Source: Alphaproteobacteria bacterium (GTDB lineage: Bacteria; Pseudomonadota; Alphaproteobacteria; SP197). Taken from it: a DNA stretch of 64,000 bases. Position 1 is the stretch's first letter. Each line of letters opens with the position of its first letter. Of the stretch, positions 9,615 through 19,602 are shown one piece after another. Location: positions 800,001 through 864,000 of the forward strand of contig OZ219747.1 of the NCBI GenBank assembly GCA_964291265.2, read 5' to 3'. Made by a program: the position numbers and the translations under genes. The notes under the pieces are model-generated. The model had not been told where the DNA came from, did no database searches, and saw nothing but the letters and a program-made list of their open reading frames with translations.

Positions 9615-10874
9615 ATGACATCATTCTCGTTCATTCACTGCGCCGACATCCATCTCGACAGCCCCTTGAGAGGGTTGGCGGCCCAGGAGGGTCATGCGCC
9701 CCGCCTCATTCGTTCTGCCTGCCGCAGGGCATTCGAGATTCTCGTGGACCACGCGATCGACGGGGGCGTCGCCTTCGTCGTCATCGCCGGAGACCTCTAT
9801 GACGGTACCTGGCGGGACTGCAACACCGGGCTCTTCTTCGTGCGCCAGATGGGGCGACTCAACGAGGCGGGGATCGACATCTTCCTGGTCTACGGCAACC
9901 ATGACGCCGAAAGCAGGATCACCCGGCAGCTGACCCTTCCCGACAATGTCCACGTGTTCGGCGCATCCGCTGCCGGCACCTTCATCCACGAGGCGACGGG
10001 AGCGGCGGTCCATGGCCGCAGCTACGCGACGCCCGATGTCAGGGAGAACCTCGTCCCCTCCTATCCCGATCCGGTGGCGGACGCGTTCAACATCGGCGTG
10101 CTGCATACGGGCCTCGGTGGCATGGGCGGGCATGCCGACTACGCTCCCTGCACACTCGCCGATCTCGTGTCGCGGGCCTACGACTACTGGGCCCTGGGTC
10201 ATGTCCATCGCCGGGAGGTCCTGCACCGGGATCCGTGGGTCGTCTTCCCGGGCAACATCCAGGGGCGCCACATCCGCGAAACCGGTCCCCGGGGCTACGT
10301 GCGCGTGACGGTCACCGACAACGGCGTCGAGACCCATCCGGTTCCCGTCGATGTCGTCCGCTGGGCCCATGTCGCCGTGGACGCCGCGGGCCTCGACGAT
10401 CTCGACGAGGTCCTGCCCCGGATGGCTAGGGCCATCGAGGAGACGGTGGAGCGGGATGCCGCCGGCCGTCTCATGGCCTGCAGGATCGAATTCACCGGCG
10501 CCACGGGACTTCACGGCGCCCTCGTCCTCAGGGAACACCAGCTTCTCGAAGAGGCGCGGGCCATGGCCCTGGGCCTGGGGGAGGAGCGGGCCTGGATCGA
10601 ACGGGTCGTCGTCTCCACCAGCATGGCGGCGCAGACTGCCGTCGATGGCAATGTCGGGGACATCGCCGAACTGATGGCGGGCGCGGCCGATGATGCGGAT
10701 CTCGTGGAACGGCTCAGAAGCGACCTCGCGAAACTGCTGGCGAAGCTGCCCCGGGAGATCACTTCCGATCCCGGCACGGATCTCCTCAGGCTGGCGAGGG
10801 ACCAGGACGCCGGCGCGCTTCTCCGGCAGCAACGGTCCGGCGTGGTGTCCCGTCTGCTCGGAGAGCGATCGTGA
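9615..10874 (+). CDS. Mre11/SbcD-like DNA repair metallophosphoesterase (YhaO-type)
   Basis: HCADIHLD, AGDLYD, GNHD, LHT, ALGHVH, PGNIQGRHIRETG. Confidence 0.9.
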   Translation: MTSFSFIHCADIHLDSPLRGLAAQEGHAPRLIRSACRRAFEILVDHAIDGGVAFVVIAGDLYDGTWRDCNTGLFFVRQMGRLNEAGIDIFLVYGNHDAESRITRQLTLPDNVHVFGASAAGTFIHEATGAAVHGRSYATPDVRENLVPSYPDPVADAFNIGVLHTGLGGMGGHADYAPCTLADLVSRAYDYWALGHVHRREVLHRDPWVVFPGNIQGRHIRETGPRGYVRVTVTDNGVETHPVPVDVVRWAHVAVDAAGLDDLDEVLPRMARAIEETVERDAAGRLMACRIEFTGATGLHGALVLREHQLLEEARAMALGLGEERAWIERVVVSTSMAAQTAVDGNVGDIAELMAGAADDADLVERLRSDLAKLLAKLPREITSDPGTDLLRLARDQDAGALLRQQRSGVVSRLLGERS

Positions 10875-13800
10875 GGATCTGCCGCCTCGATCTTCTCAGC
10901 TACGGGCACTTCAGCAACCGGTTCCTCGAGTTTCCCGGAAGCGGCCACGATCTCCACATCATTGTCGGCGCCAACGAGACCGGAAAGTCGACATCGCGCA
11001 ACGCCCTGGAAGACGCTCTCTTCGGCATCCCCCAACGCTCGGCCTTCGGCTTCAGGCACGGCTATCGCGACATGATGGTGGGAGCCCTCATCGAGCATGA
11101 AGGCCACCAGCTCGCATTCCGCCGCCGCAAGGGGAGATCGAACACGCTTCTCGACATCGATGGCCAGGCGCTCCCGGGCGATGCCCTGCGGTTCTTCCTG
11201 GGGGGCGCCGACCGGAACTTTCTCGAGCGCATGTTCAGCCTCTCCCAGGAACGTTTGAGGAAGAGCGGTCAGGAACTCTCCGACCCGCAGAGCGAGACCG
11301 CGGCCATGATCTTCGGAGCCGCCACCGGAACCGAGCAGATCGCCGTCCACATACGCGCCATGAGGGAAGAGGCCGGTACACTCTTCACGCCGAGGAAAAC
11401 GGCGGGGAAGCTCTTCTACCAGCTTGTCGACCGGCTCCATGCCGCCACCGCGGCCATGGGTGAGGCCACGGTCACCGGGGATGACTGGAAGCGGGCCCGG
11501 GAACGGGCGCACGCGGCCCGAACGCACCTCGAGGATCTGCGGCGTCGGCGCAGAGACCTGCGCCAGGAGAGCGAGCGCCTGAACCGCATTCGGCTCGTCT
11601 ACCCGGGTCTGGTGCGCAGGAAGGAAGTGCTCGCCACCCTGGACGGGCTTGGCGACATCCAGCCGTTTGCCGACGATGTCCTCGAGGTTCTGGACAGGGC
11701 CGAGCGCGCGGTGTCGCTGCACGATGCGAGGATCGAGCAGCTCGCGAACCAGGTCACAAGGGAGAAGGAAGAGGCCGCGTCCATCGCGATCGACGGCGCC
11801 TTGCTGGAGAACGCGAGGGAGATCATGGATCTCGATGAGCGGCGCATTCAGTTGCAACCGGAAAGGGAGGATCTTCCCAAGCGACGCCGCGAACTTGCGG
11901 ACGTGGAGCAGCGCCTGCGAACCCGGGCCCTGGCTCTCGGGCTCGAGGACCTGCAGGCATGGCGCATGCCCGCTCCCCATCTCGTGGCGCGACTGCGCGA
12001 GCTCGGCGATGAATGGAACCGCGTGGGGCACGTCTGCGACCTGGCGCGCCAGCAGGTGAGGGATGCGGGCGAACGCGTCCGGATCCTGGACGAACGCCTG
12101 CGGGAGATGGGACCGGAGGTGGATGTCGGACCCCTGCAGGTTGCCCTTCAGGCGACGGACGGGAGCGCTGATCCGGAAACGGCCCGCAAGTCGGCGGAGC
12201 GCGAGCACCGTGACCTGGCTTCCCGCAGCGAGGCCCTGGTCCGCCCCCTGCTGTCGCTGGCCGGCGACGTCGATTGTCTGGCCGGTCTCTGGGTTCCTCC
12301 TCTGGAACGCGTACAGGAGTTGCGGGACAGGCTCAGACAGGCCGTTGACCGTCGGGACGCCTGTCGGGAGGAGCTTGCGGCCGTCGAACGCGATCTCGCA
12401 GGGCACGAAGCGCAGCGCAAGATCCTCGTCGTGACCGGCGAGATCGTCACGGTCGACGAGATCGAGGCGCTGCGGCGGGTGCGCGATCGGTATCTCGATA
12501 CGCTGCGCGCCCTCCTGGCAGGCGGGCAGGCAGGTGCGGGCAGCGATCCGGTCGGTGAACTCGCGGAGGCCATGCAGCAGGCCGACGAAGCGGCGGACAG
12601 GCGGTTTTCTGCCGCCCGGACGGTGGCCCGCCTCGAGGAAATCGCCGGGACCATGGATCGCCTGGAGGCCAGGCGCACCGCGCTCGGTGCGGAACGCGAC
12701 GAGCATGACCATCGGCTGCGGGATCTCTGCGAGACATGGAACGACCTCCTGCGTGACCTTCCCGGTGATCCGCTTGAACCCGACGCCATGGTGAAGTGGC
12801 TGATCGATCGCCAGACCGCGCTGCAGGCGCATGAGGAGGAGAGGAGGGCGGCGCGGACCCTCGCGGCCTGCGTCGCAGAGGAACGCAAGGCACGGGATCT
12901 TCTCGTTGCCGAAGCGGCTGCACTCGGCGTGGAGACGGACGGTCTGGACGAGAGGCCATTCAGTGTTGTCCGGTCTCTCGTGGCCCGCCATGGCGACGCG
13001 CTGAACGACAGGAACCGCCAGCGCGCCGACCTTCTGCGAGACCTTCAGGAGGCACGAAGCGAGGAACGCGGGAAGGCTTCGGCCCTTGCCAGGGAGGAAG
13101 CGAACCTGTCGTCCCTCGGCGGCACCTGGCGCACTGCCGTCGAGGGAGTCGACGTCCTCGAATCGCCTGACCAGGCCGGTGACAGGCTGCGGATCATCGA
13201 GGAAATGCGCGGCGACATGGACCGCGCGGCAGAACTGGAACAAAGACGGATCGGCAAGATCGAACGCGATCTCGAGGCGTTCGCGACCCGTGTCGGCAGG
13301 CTCGTGAAAACCCTGCAGGAGGATCCGGAGGACAGGGATGCGGACACCGTTGTCAGGGACCTTGCCCGGCGGCTGGCCGACGAGACGGCGAAACAGGACC
13401 GGCTCGACCGCATGAAGGACTCGCTTGAGCGAAGGGAACGGGAGCTCGAAGGGATACGCCATGCCAGGCGCGAGGCGGATATCACGATCCGTGATCTCAT
13501 GGTCCGCGCCGGCGCCGACTCCGTCGGCGATCTGCGCCGCGAAATCGCGCGATGCGACGAGGTGAAGCGCCTGCGCCGCGAGGCGGAAGGCCTGACCGAG
13601 TCCCTGGCGAAGGAAGGCGGCGGACGTTCCGAGAAAGAACTGCAGGAGGAGGCCCGGAACGTGGACCCCGATCGGCTGGCGGCCGAGATCGAATCCCTGT
13701 CCGACATGCTGCAACAGCTCGATGATCCTATCGACAGGGCGGCTCTCGCGGAAGGAGAAGCGATCGCTGCCCTCGAATCCATCGGCGGCGGGGACGCCGC

Positions 13801-14344
13801 GATTGCCGCCGCCTCGGACCGCCAGTCGATCCTGGCGGAATTGGAGGACCTCGCGGCGCGCTACGTGCGTGCCCAGACCGGACTGAGACTCCTCCAGTGG
13901 GCCGTCGACCGTTACCGGGCCGAACGACAGGCGCCGTTGTTGCGGGGCGCCTCGACTCTCTTTGCCACCCTGACACGGGGGTCCTTCAGCGGTCTTGACC
14001 TTCTCTACGACGAGAAGGACCAGGCGGTCCTTGCCGGCACGCGGGCCGACGGCAGCAAGGTCGACGTCACGGGCATGAGTGACGGTACGGTGGACCAGTT
14101 GTGGCTGGCGCTGAGACTTGCCGCGATTGACGCCTGGCTGGAAGGCAATGCCGCCCTGCCGTTCATCGCGGACGATCTCTTCGTCAACTTCGATGATGAG
14201 CGCACGGCGGCCGGCCTGGAGGTGCTCCACCGCCTGGCAGGCTCCTGCCAGGTGCTCGTGTTCACGCACCATGTCCACCTGGTCGAACTGGCCCGCCAGG
14301 TGCTGGGTGACCATGTTTCGGTCATCGATCTCGATGCTGCATGA
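10871..14344 (+). CDS. SMC/Rad50-like ATPase (YhaN/AAA_27-type)
   Basis: Walker A GANETGKST, long coiled coil, signature MSDGTVDQLWLALRLA, PFIADDLFVNFDDER, FTHH. Confidence 0.9.
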   Translation: MRICRLDLLSYGHFSNRFLEFPGSGHDLHIIVGANETGKSTSRNALEDALFGIPQRSAFGFRHGYRDMMVGALIEHEGHQLAFRRRKGRSNTLLDIDGQALPGDALRFFLGGADRNFLERMFSLSQERLRKSGQELSDPQSETAAMIFGAATGTEQIAVHIRAMREEAGTLFTPRKTAGKLFYQLVDRLHAATAAMGEATVTGDDWKRARERAHAARTHLEDLRRRRRDLRQESERLNRIRLVYPGLVRRKEVLATLDGLGDIQPFADDVLEVLDRAERAVSLHDARIEQLANQVTREKEEAASIAIDGALLENAREIMDLDERRIQLQPEREDLPKRRRELADVEQRLRTRALALGLEDLQAWRMPAPHLVARLRELGDEWNRVGHVCDLARQQVRDAGERVRILDERLREMGPEVDVGPLQVALQATDGSADPETARKSAEREHRDLASRSEALVRPLLSLAGDVDCLAGLWVPPLERVQELRDRLRQAVDRRDACREELAAVERDLAGHEAQRKILVVTGEIVTVDEIEALRRVRDRYLDTLRALLAGGQAGAGSDPVGELAEAMQQADEAADRRFSAARTVARLEEIAGTMDRLEARRTALGAERDEHDHRLRDLCETWNDLLRDLPGDPLEPDAMVKWLIDRQTALQAHEEERRAARTLAACVAEERKARDLLVAEAAALGVETDGLDERPFSVVRSLVARHGDALNDRNRQRADLLRDLQEARSEERGKASALAREEANLSSLGGTWRTAVEGVDVLESPDQAGDRLRIIEEMRGDMDRAAELEQRRIGKIERDLEAFATRVGRLVKTLQEDPEDRDADTVVRDLARRLADETAKQDRLDRMKDSLERRERELEGIRHARREADITIRDLMVRAGADSVGDLRREIARCDEVKRLRREAEGLTESLAKEGGGRSEKELQEEARNVDPDRLAAEIESLSDMLQQLDDPIDRAALAEGEAIAALESIGGGDAAIAAASDRQSILAELEDLAARYVRAQTGLRLLQWAVDRYRAERQAPLLRGASTLFATLTRGSFSGLDLLYDEKDQAVLAGTRADGSKVDVTGMSDGTVDQLWLALRLAAIDAWLEGNAALPFIADDLFVNFDDERTAAGLEVLHRLAGSCQVLVFTHHVHLVELARQVLGDHVSVIDLDAA

Positions 14345-14843
14345 TCCTTGTCCGATGACGGGAACAAGGGGGCCGGACCGATGACCGGTCCCCGCCCGTC
14401 ATGGACGCGACCGGCCCGGCCGCCTTCCGGCAGACCTTTCACCGGTCGTCGTGATCGGGCCTTGTAAGGAGGAGCCGAGAGGTCGGTGTGCGGCCACGGT
14501 CAGGTGCAGGGGCTTGAGGTTTCAGGGCCTGTGCACATCCCTTCCCGGGACCCCGTGCTCCTCGCCCGCGGCGTGGAGATCGACATGGGGTTCCGGGGTT
14601 TTCTCGCTGCCCTGCAGCGGCGCCTCGGGAAGGGCCGGCGAACCCGATGGCCGGTCAGCCGCCGAAGCTGTTCGGGGTAGTGCCGGGCCGTCTCGACCGG
14701 ACTCACCGGATACAGGTTCTCCTCCTGGGGCAGCCAACCGACCGCGCAGGAGAGGAAAGGAGCGTCGTCGTCGTTCTCGTGGGGCTTGAGTCATGTCCCT
14801 TGTCGGGTGCACCCTTGCATCAAGTCCGGAACGGGGGCGAACC

Positions 14844-15944
14844 ATGAGTGAGCAGCGTGTGATCTCGGCTGACAGCCACGTGCAGGAACCGCCTGAACTC
14901 TATTCAGAGAGGCTGGACAGGAAGTACAGGGACCGTGTCCCGAGGTTCGAGGAACGCGGCGGCGCCACCTACTTCGTGGTGGACGGCAAGAAGCCGCGGC
15001 GCATCGACCTTGCTTCGGAGCGCACGGACGAGGACGACCAGGATCGCGAGTTCCGCCAGGATCCCAGCGGCGGCCGCGACATCGAGCGCCGTCTGGCAGA
15101 CCAGGTCCGCGACGGAATCAGCGCCGAGGTGCTCTATCCCAACACCTCGCTCTTTCTCTACAACTCCAGGGATCCCGGTTACCAGTTTGCCGTGGCCCGG
15201 GCCTACAACGACTGGTGCATCGAGCACTTCGGCGGGTACCGCGAGAATTTTGTTCCCGTCGCCATCGTTCCCGTCATCGACCTCGACGACGCCGTTCGCG
15301 AAGTCGAAAGGGTGGCGCACGAGGGATACCGCAGCATCAAGATTCCCCTGACCATGGACGCCATGCCCTACAACCTGCCCGACTATGACCGGCTGTGGTC
15401 GGCCTGCGCCGATCACGATCTCGTCATCTCGCTCCACGCCTTCACCGAGAGCGAGGATCACTACCCCGATGACTGGGGCGAGGAGGAAGGCCATGGCGGC
15501 GCTCTCGCCCACATGGCCATGAGCATGGCACGGGGACAGAACCCGGTGGCGCTGCTGATCGCATCGGGTGCGCTGCAGCGTTATCCGGACCTCAGGTTCG
15601 TCGTCGTCGAGTGCGGCGCCGGATGGCTCGCCTGGCTGCTCCATGTGCTCGACGAACAGGTGGAGAAGAAGCACATGTGGATCCGCCCGCGGCTGGAGAT
15701 GAGACCGAGCGAGTTCTTCCGACGCCAGGGCGCGGTCACCTTCAGCGACGATCCCGTTGCCCTGAGGCTGCTGGACTTCACCGGATCGCAAGTCCTCCTG
15801 TGGGGCAGCGACTATCCGCACGACGAAGGCACCTTCCCCCACAGCCAGGAGGTGATCGAGCGGACCTTTGCCGGCATCTCGATGGAAGACAGGCGCCGCA
15901 TCGTCTTCGACAACGCGCGGCGCATCTACGGATTCGACGCGTGA
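14844..15944 (+). CDS. Amidohydrolase family protein (Amidohydro_2)
   Basis: ISADSHV, VECGAGW, WGSDYPHDEGTFP. Confidence 0.9.
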   Translation: MSEQRVISADSHVQEPPELYSERLDRKYRDRVPRFEERGGATYFVVDGKKPRRIDLASERTDEDDQDREFRQDPSGGRDIERRLADQVRDGISAEVLYPNTSLFLYNSRDPGYQFAVARAYNDWCIEHFGGYRENFVPVAIVPVIDLDDAVREVERVAHEGYRSIKIPLTMDAMPYNLPDYDRLWSACADHDLVISLHAFTESEDHYPDDWGEEEGHGGALAHMAMSMARGQNPVALLIASGALQRYPDLRFVVVECGAGWLAWLLHVLDEQVEKKHMWIRPRLEMRPSEFFRRQGAVTFSDDPVALRLLDFTGSQVLLWGSDYPHDEGTFPHSQEVIERTFAGISMEDRRRIVFDNARRIYGFDA

Positions 15945-17257
15945 TCCACCGCATCCCGCTCGTGATGATCGTCACGAGCGACATCGCAGGGCAGGTCCGC
16001 GGCAAGGGTTTCCCGGCAGCCGGGCTCGAGGAGCGCCTCGAACAGGGAGTAGGGTTCACCCACACCAACCACATGATCAACTGTTGGGGGACGATTCCGA
16101 CCACGCCCTGGGGGCCGCTGGGAGACCTTGTCCTGATGGCGGACCCGGCCACCGAGGTCAGGGTCGATTTCGGCGACGGCACGCCGGAAGAGTGGTTCAT
16201 GCTGGGGCGCTTGTGCACCATGGACGGTCAGCCATGGGAGTGCTGCCTGAGGCACTACCTCGCCAGCGCCCTCGAGAGTCTCCGCGAGGAGACCGGGCTG
16301 ACACTCATCGCCGCCTTCGAGCACGAGTTCCACGATGGCGGTCTCGTCGAACGCGGTGGCGATGCCTACGGCCTCGACAAGGTAAGGCGCGCCGACGACA
16401 TTCCGGGTGCCGTGCTCCACGCCCTGCAGGCCGCAGGCGCCGAGCCCGAGACATTCCTGCCGGAGTTCGGCAGGAGCCAGTTCGAGTTCACCGTCAGGCC
16501 GGCTCCCGCCATGGCGGCGGCGGACCGCGCCATCATCGCCCGGGAAATGGTGCGGGCCGCGGCCCGGCGCCTCGACCGCGACGTCAGCTTCTCGCCGCAG
16601 GTCGATCCCGCCGGCCCCGGCAATGGCGTCCACATCCACATGAGCTTCCGGGACGGCGAGAACCGGCCGGTCAGCCATGATTCGTCGCAACCCTCGGGCC
16701 TCACCGCCCGGATGGGAAGTTTTGTCGCCGGAATCCTGAGACACTTGCCGGCGATGGTGGCCGTCACGGCGCCCTCCGCGGCCTCCTACCAGCGTCTCGA
16801 ACCGCATCGCTGGAGCTCCGCCTACAACAATCTGGGCTGGCGGGACCGCGAGGCGGCGGTCCGCATCTGCCCGGGTTCGGAGGCGCCCGGCGCCGATGTC
16901 GCATCGACCTTCAATGTCGAGTTCCGCGCCGGTGACGCGGCGGCCAGTCCCTGGCTCCAGCTCGGCATCCTCGTGCGGGCCGGCCTCGAAGGGATCCGCG
17001 AGCGCCTGCCCACGCCCGAACCCGTGTCATCGGATCCCGGTGCGATGAGCGGTGATGAACGCCGCAGGCACGGTGTCGAGCGTCTGCCGGTCTCGCTCGG
17101 CGAGGCCCTCGACCGTCTCGAGAGTGCGCCCGGCGCCGGGACGCTCCTGCCGGGCGGACTTCTCGAAGCATACGTCATGCACAAGCGCGGGGAACTCGAC
17201 GAGGTTGCAGGGCTGGCGCCCGAAGAGGTCTGCCGGCGCTACAGGGATGTCTACTGA
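15941..17257 (+). CDS. Glutamine synthetase family protein (gamma-glutamyl ligase-like)
   Basis: GQVRGK, AFEHEF, EFGRSQFE, GNGVHIHMS, DREAAVRI, VEFRAGD. Confidence 0.88.
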   Translation: MIHRIPLVMIVTSDIAGQVRGKGFPAAGLEERLEQGVGFTHTNHMINCWGTIPTTPWGPLGDLVLMADPATEVRVDFGDGTPEEWFMLGRLCTMDGQPWECCLRHYLASALESLREETGLTLIAAFEHEFHDGGLVERGGDAYGLDKVRRADDIPGAVLHALQAAGAEPETFLPEFGRSQFEFTVRPAPAMAAADRAIIAREMVRAAARRLDRDVSFSPQVDPAGPGNGVHIHMSFRDGENRPVSHDSSQPSGLTARMGSFVAGILRHLPAMVAVTAPSAASYQRLEPHRWSSAYNNLGWRDREAAVRICPGSEAPGADVASTFNVEFRAGDAAASPWLQLGILVRAGLEGIRERLPTPEPVSSDPGAMSGDERRRHGVERLPVSLGEALDRLESAPGAGTLLPGGLLEAYVMHKRGELDEVAGLAPEEVCRRYRDVY

Positions 17258-17703
17258 TGGCCGACGCACCGTTCTGGCGCACCAGGTCCCTGGAAGAGAT
17301 GGACAGGCGGGAGTGGGAATCGCTGTGCGACGGTTGCGGCAAGTGCTGCCTCGTGAAGCTCGAGGATGTCGATGACGGCACCATCTCCAACACCGATGTC
17401 GCGTGCTTCCTTCTCGACACCGTCACCTGCCGCTGCCGGGACTACGCAAGGCGTTTCAAGCGTGTCCCCGAATGCATCCGCATCACGCCGCAGACCATCG
17501 TCTCGCTGCTGGCGTGGCTGCCCGGCACCTGCGCCTATCGCCTGCTCCACGAGGGCCGCGATCTTCCCGACTGGCACCCCCTGGTGTCAGGCGATCCCGA
17601 CAGCGTGCATCGCGCCGGGATATCGCTCTCGAACCGTGTCGTCTCCGAGGCCGATGTCGCCGACGAGGACCTCCCCGATCACGTCATCGACTGGCAAGTC
17701 TGA
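17257..17703 (+). CDS. YcgN (UPF0260) cysteine-cluster protein
   Basis: EWESLCDGCGKCCLVKLED, WLPGTCAYR, WHPLVSGD. Confidence 0.9.
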   Translation: MADAPFWRTRSLEEMDRREWESLCDGCGKCCLVKLEDVDDGTISNTDVACFLLDTVTCRCRDYARRFKRVPECIRITPQTIVSLLAWLPGTCAYRLLHEGRDLPDWHPLVSGDPDSVHRAGISLSNRVVSEADVADEDLPDHVIDWQV

Positions 17704-17833
17704 GCTTGCCTGCCAGGGAAACCGCTACGCGTCTTTCGCCCCCCTTCCGGCTCCGGCGCCGAAAGGTATTGCCCATGCTGCCACTTGTGATAGACTCTAA
17801 TCTTCAGTCTTGACCTGCTAGAGAGGCCACGCC

Positions 17834-18199
17834 ATGCCCAGCATCGCCGAACACTATTGTGGCAAAGTTCCTACTGGGTGTGTTGGAGGTCCGCCGAAGT
17901 ATCCGACGCCAGGCGTAGACGCAGAGTTCCCGAATGTTTGCCATAGACATGTACGAATTCCACAGTGGACAATCATAACCTGTTCAGCAGCATCTATTTT
18001 TATTGGATTTGTTATAAGCGTATTGTTGTTCTGGGTCATCTACGCGGAACAACAGAACATTGACCAAAAATGGGTAGTTTTTAGCAAGGGATTCGAAGGT
18101 TTTTTGTCGGAGACTGGCAATTTCCCACTTTTCCTTCTTGTTGTGTTCGTTGTCATTTGGCATTTGGCGACGGGTGCGGTTCTCATACGGGGTAGATAG
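17834..18199 (+). CDS. Hypothetical membrane protein (two TM), AT-rich
   Basis: GAGG RBS upstream; two hydrophobic stretches. Confidence 0.55.
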   Translation: MPSIAEHYCGKVPTGCVGGPPKYPTPGVDAEFPNVCHRHVRIPQWTIITCSAASIFIGFVISVLLFWVIYAEQQNIDQKWVVFSKGFEGFLSETGNFPLFLLVVFVVIWHLATGAVLIRGR

Positions 18200-18686
18200 T
18201 TCGTTGTTCATTCTTGTATTGCACTTACAATGTACGCATTTTTCCGGATATCGGTCCTCATTGTCCTGACCGCGATGCCAAAATTCAGGAATCACACGCA
18301 TATTCGGACTTAATTTGACCCGTGCCGGCGGTTGTCATCACGGCTACGTTTCATCAGTACTATTGGTTCAAAGGTGTTCCGAAGACTGCCAAAGGACGAT
18401 TCATGAGGAACTTACATAGATGTTTCCGAGAAGGACGGCGGCATGGCCCAAGTGAGGAGACACTCGGGAAACATTAAACAAAATTACCCCGTATGAGAAT
18501 CGCTCCCTTTGGCGACAGTAGTTGCATGCCATAGAAAATATACATCCATTTCAGACTATATTGTCGTCGCCTTGACTGTTCCCATAACAGGCATGACGGG
18601 TTTCGCCACGGTAGTACAGAGCATTAATTGAGCAAAACGATGCGATGTACTATTGGATTCGGCGTAAAGATGCAAGGAGATTTGCA

Positions 18687-19250
18687 ATGCGCGCAAGACT
18701 TCCGACATTAGCTTTGATATTCGGAATGGCAAGCGGCAGCAGTGCTGTGGTTGGTCAGGAATGTGTGTCTGTCGAGCCACACAATTGGAGAAGTGAGATG
18801 AAATTGGGCTTCGCCTATATTTTTGACCCTAAGCTGGCATTAGAGGCAGAGGTCTTTCACATTTACAGTAATGAGAGCGTATCTGGTCTATTTGAATCGG
18901 ACGGTTCCCAGTTAAGTGAGCAGGATGGCTATGCCGATGGCAGTGAGGGACCGAGCTTGATGGTTTCGTGGGTGAATCCAGATACCGAACACGCTTTGAT
19001 CTTGAGCGAAGCCGCTTCACGTGTTGTCGCCAATGGCCACGAGATGTTACATGGAACATGGGATGGTACTCTAGGTGGTTCTGAGGCGACGCAATTCAGC
19101 GAGTGGCCGGTGTACTGGGCAGCACAGGAAAAGTTGGAAGGAACCAATGTAGTGCCAGACTACACGCTGATTCACTGGCCTGGCGAGCATTCAATACAGA
19201 CGACGGAGTGGGGCGAACTGTACGAAGAATTTTGCAGTGCGCCGGAGTAA
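18687..19250 (+). CDS. Hypothetical secreted protein, AT-rich
   Basis: AAGGAG RBS; signal-peptide-like MRARLPTLALIFGMASGSSAVVG; acidic mature region with a Cys near each end. Confidence 0.6.
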   Translation: MRARLPTLALIFGMASGSSAVVGQECVSVEPHNWRSEMKLGFAYIFDPKLALEAEVFHIYSNESVSGLFESDGSQLSEQDGYADGSEGPSLMVSWVNPDTEHALILSEAASRVVANGHEMLHGTWDGTLGGSEATQFSEWPVYWAAQEKLEGTNVVPDYTLIHWPGEHSIQTTEWGELYEEFCSAPE

Positions 19251-19602
19251 CTTCCCAATTTCGATCTGCAGGCCGGGCGAAAGCCGGGCCGCATCGATGG
19301 CTCGGGCCTCAGCTCGATGGCGTACAGGTTGTGAAGGAAGTGGTCCGCGACCTTTCGTCAGGGCGTGCTGGCCGGCAGGCGAGGAGCCTCCTTGAGCCGC
19401 TCCCTTAAGGAGGGCGACGAACGTGTCGGTGTCGATGAGTTTCGCCCAGGGGCGTTGCTCCTGCCCGAACGCCCGCGTGAGCGGTGGTTTCCCCGGGAGA
19501 TGAGCGGTGTTCGCGAAGATGCCGATGACAAGGTCGCGGGCAGCGGCCCCTGGCTTCTCTGTGGATGCGGGCCCGCTGATTCCCGCCTGTCCGCCAGGCC
19601 GG

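Noticed and set aside
10511-14314. Very long antisense ORFs (also 20809-23880, 40471-44358, 51404-53623)
   Set aside because: Shadows of real high-GC genes on the opposite strand; no recognisable motifs.
17790-19330. Integron cassette array explanation for the AT-rich ORFans
   Set aside because: No convincing attC (RYYYAAC...GTTRRRY with internal symmetry) and no integron integrase.
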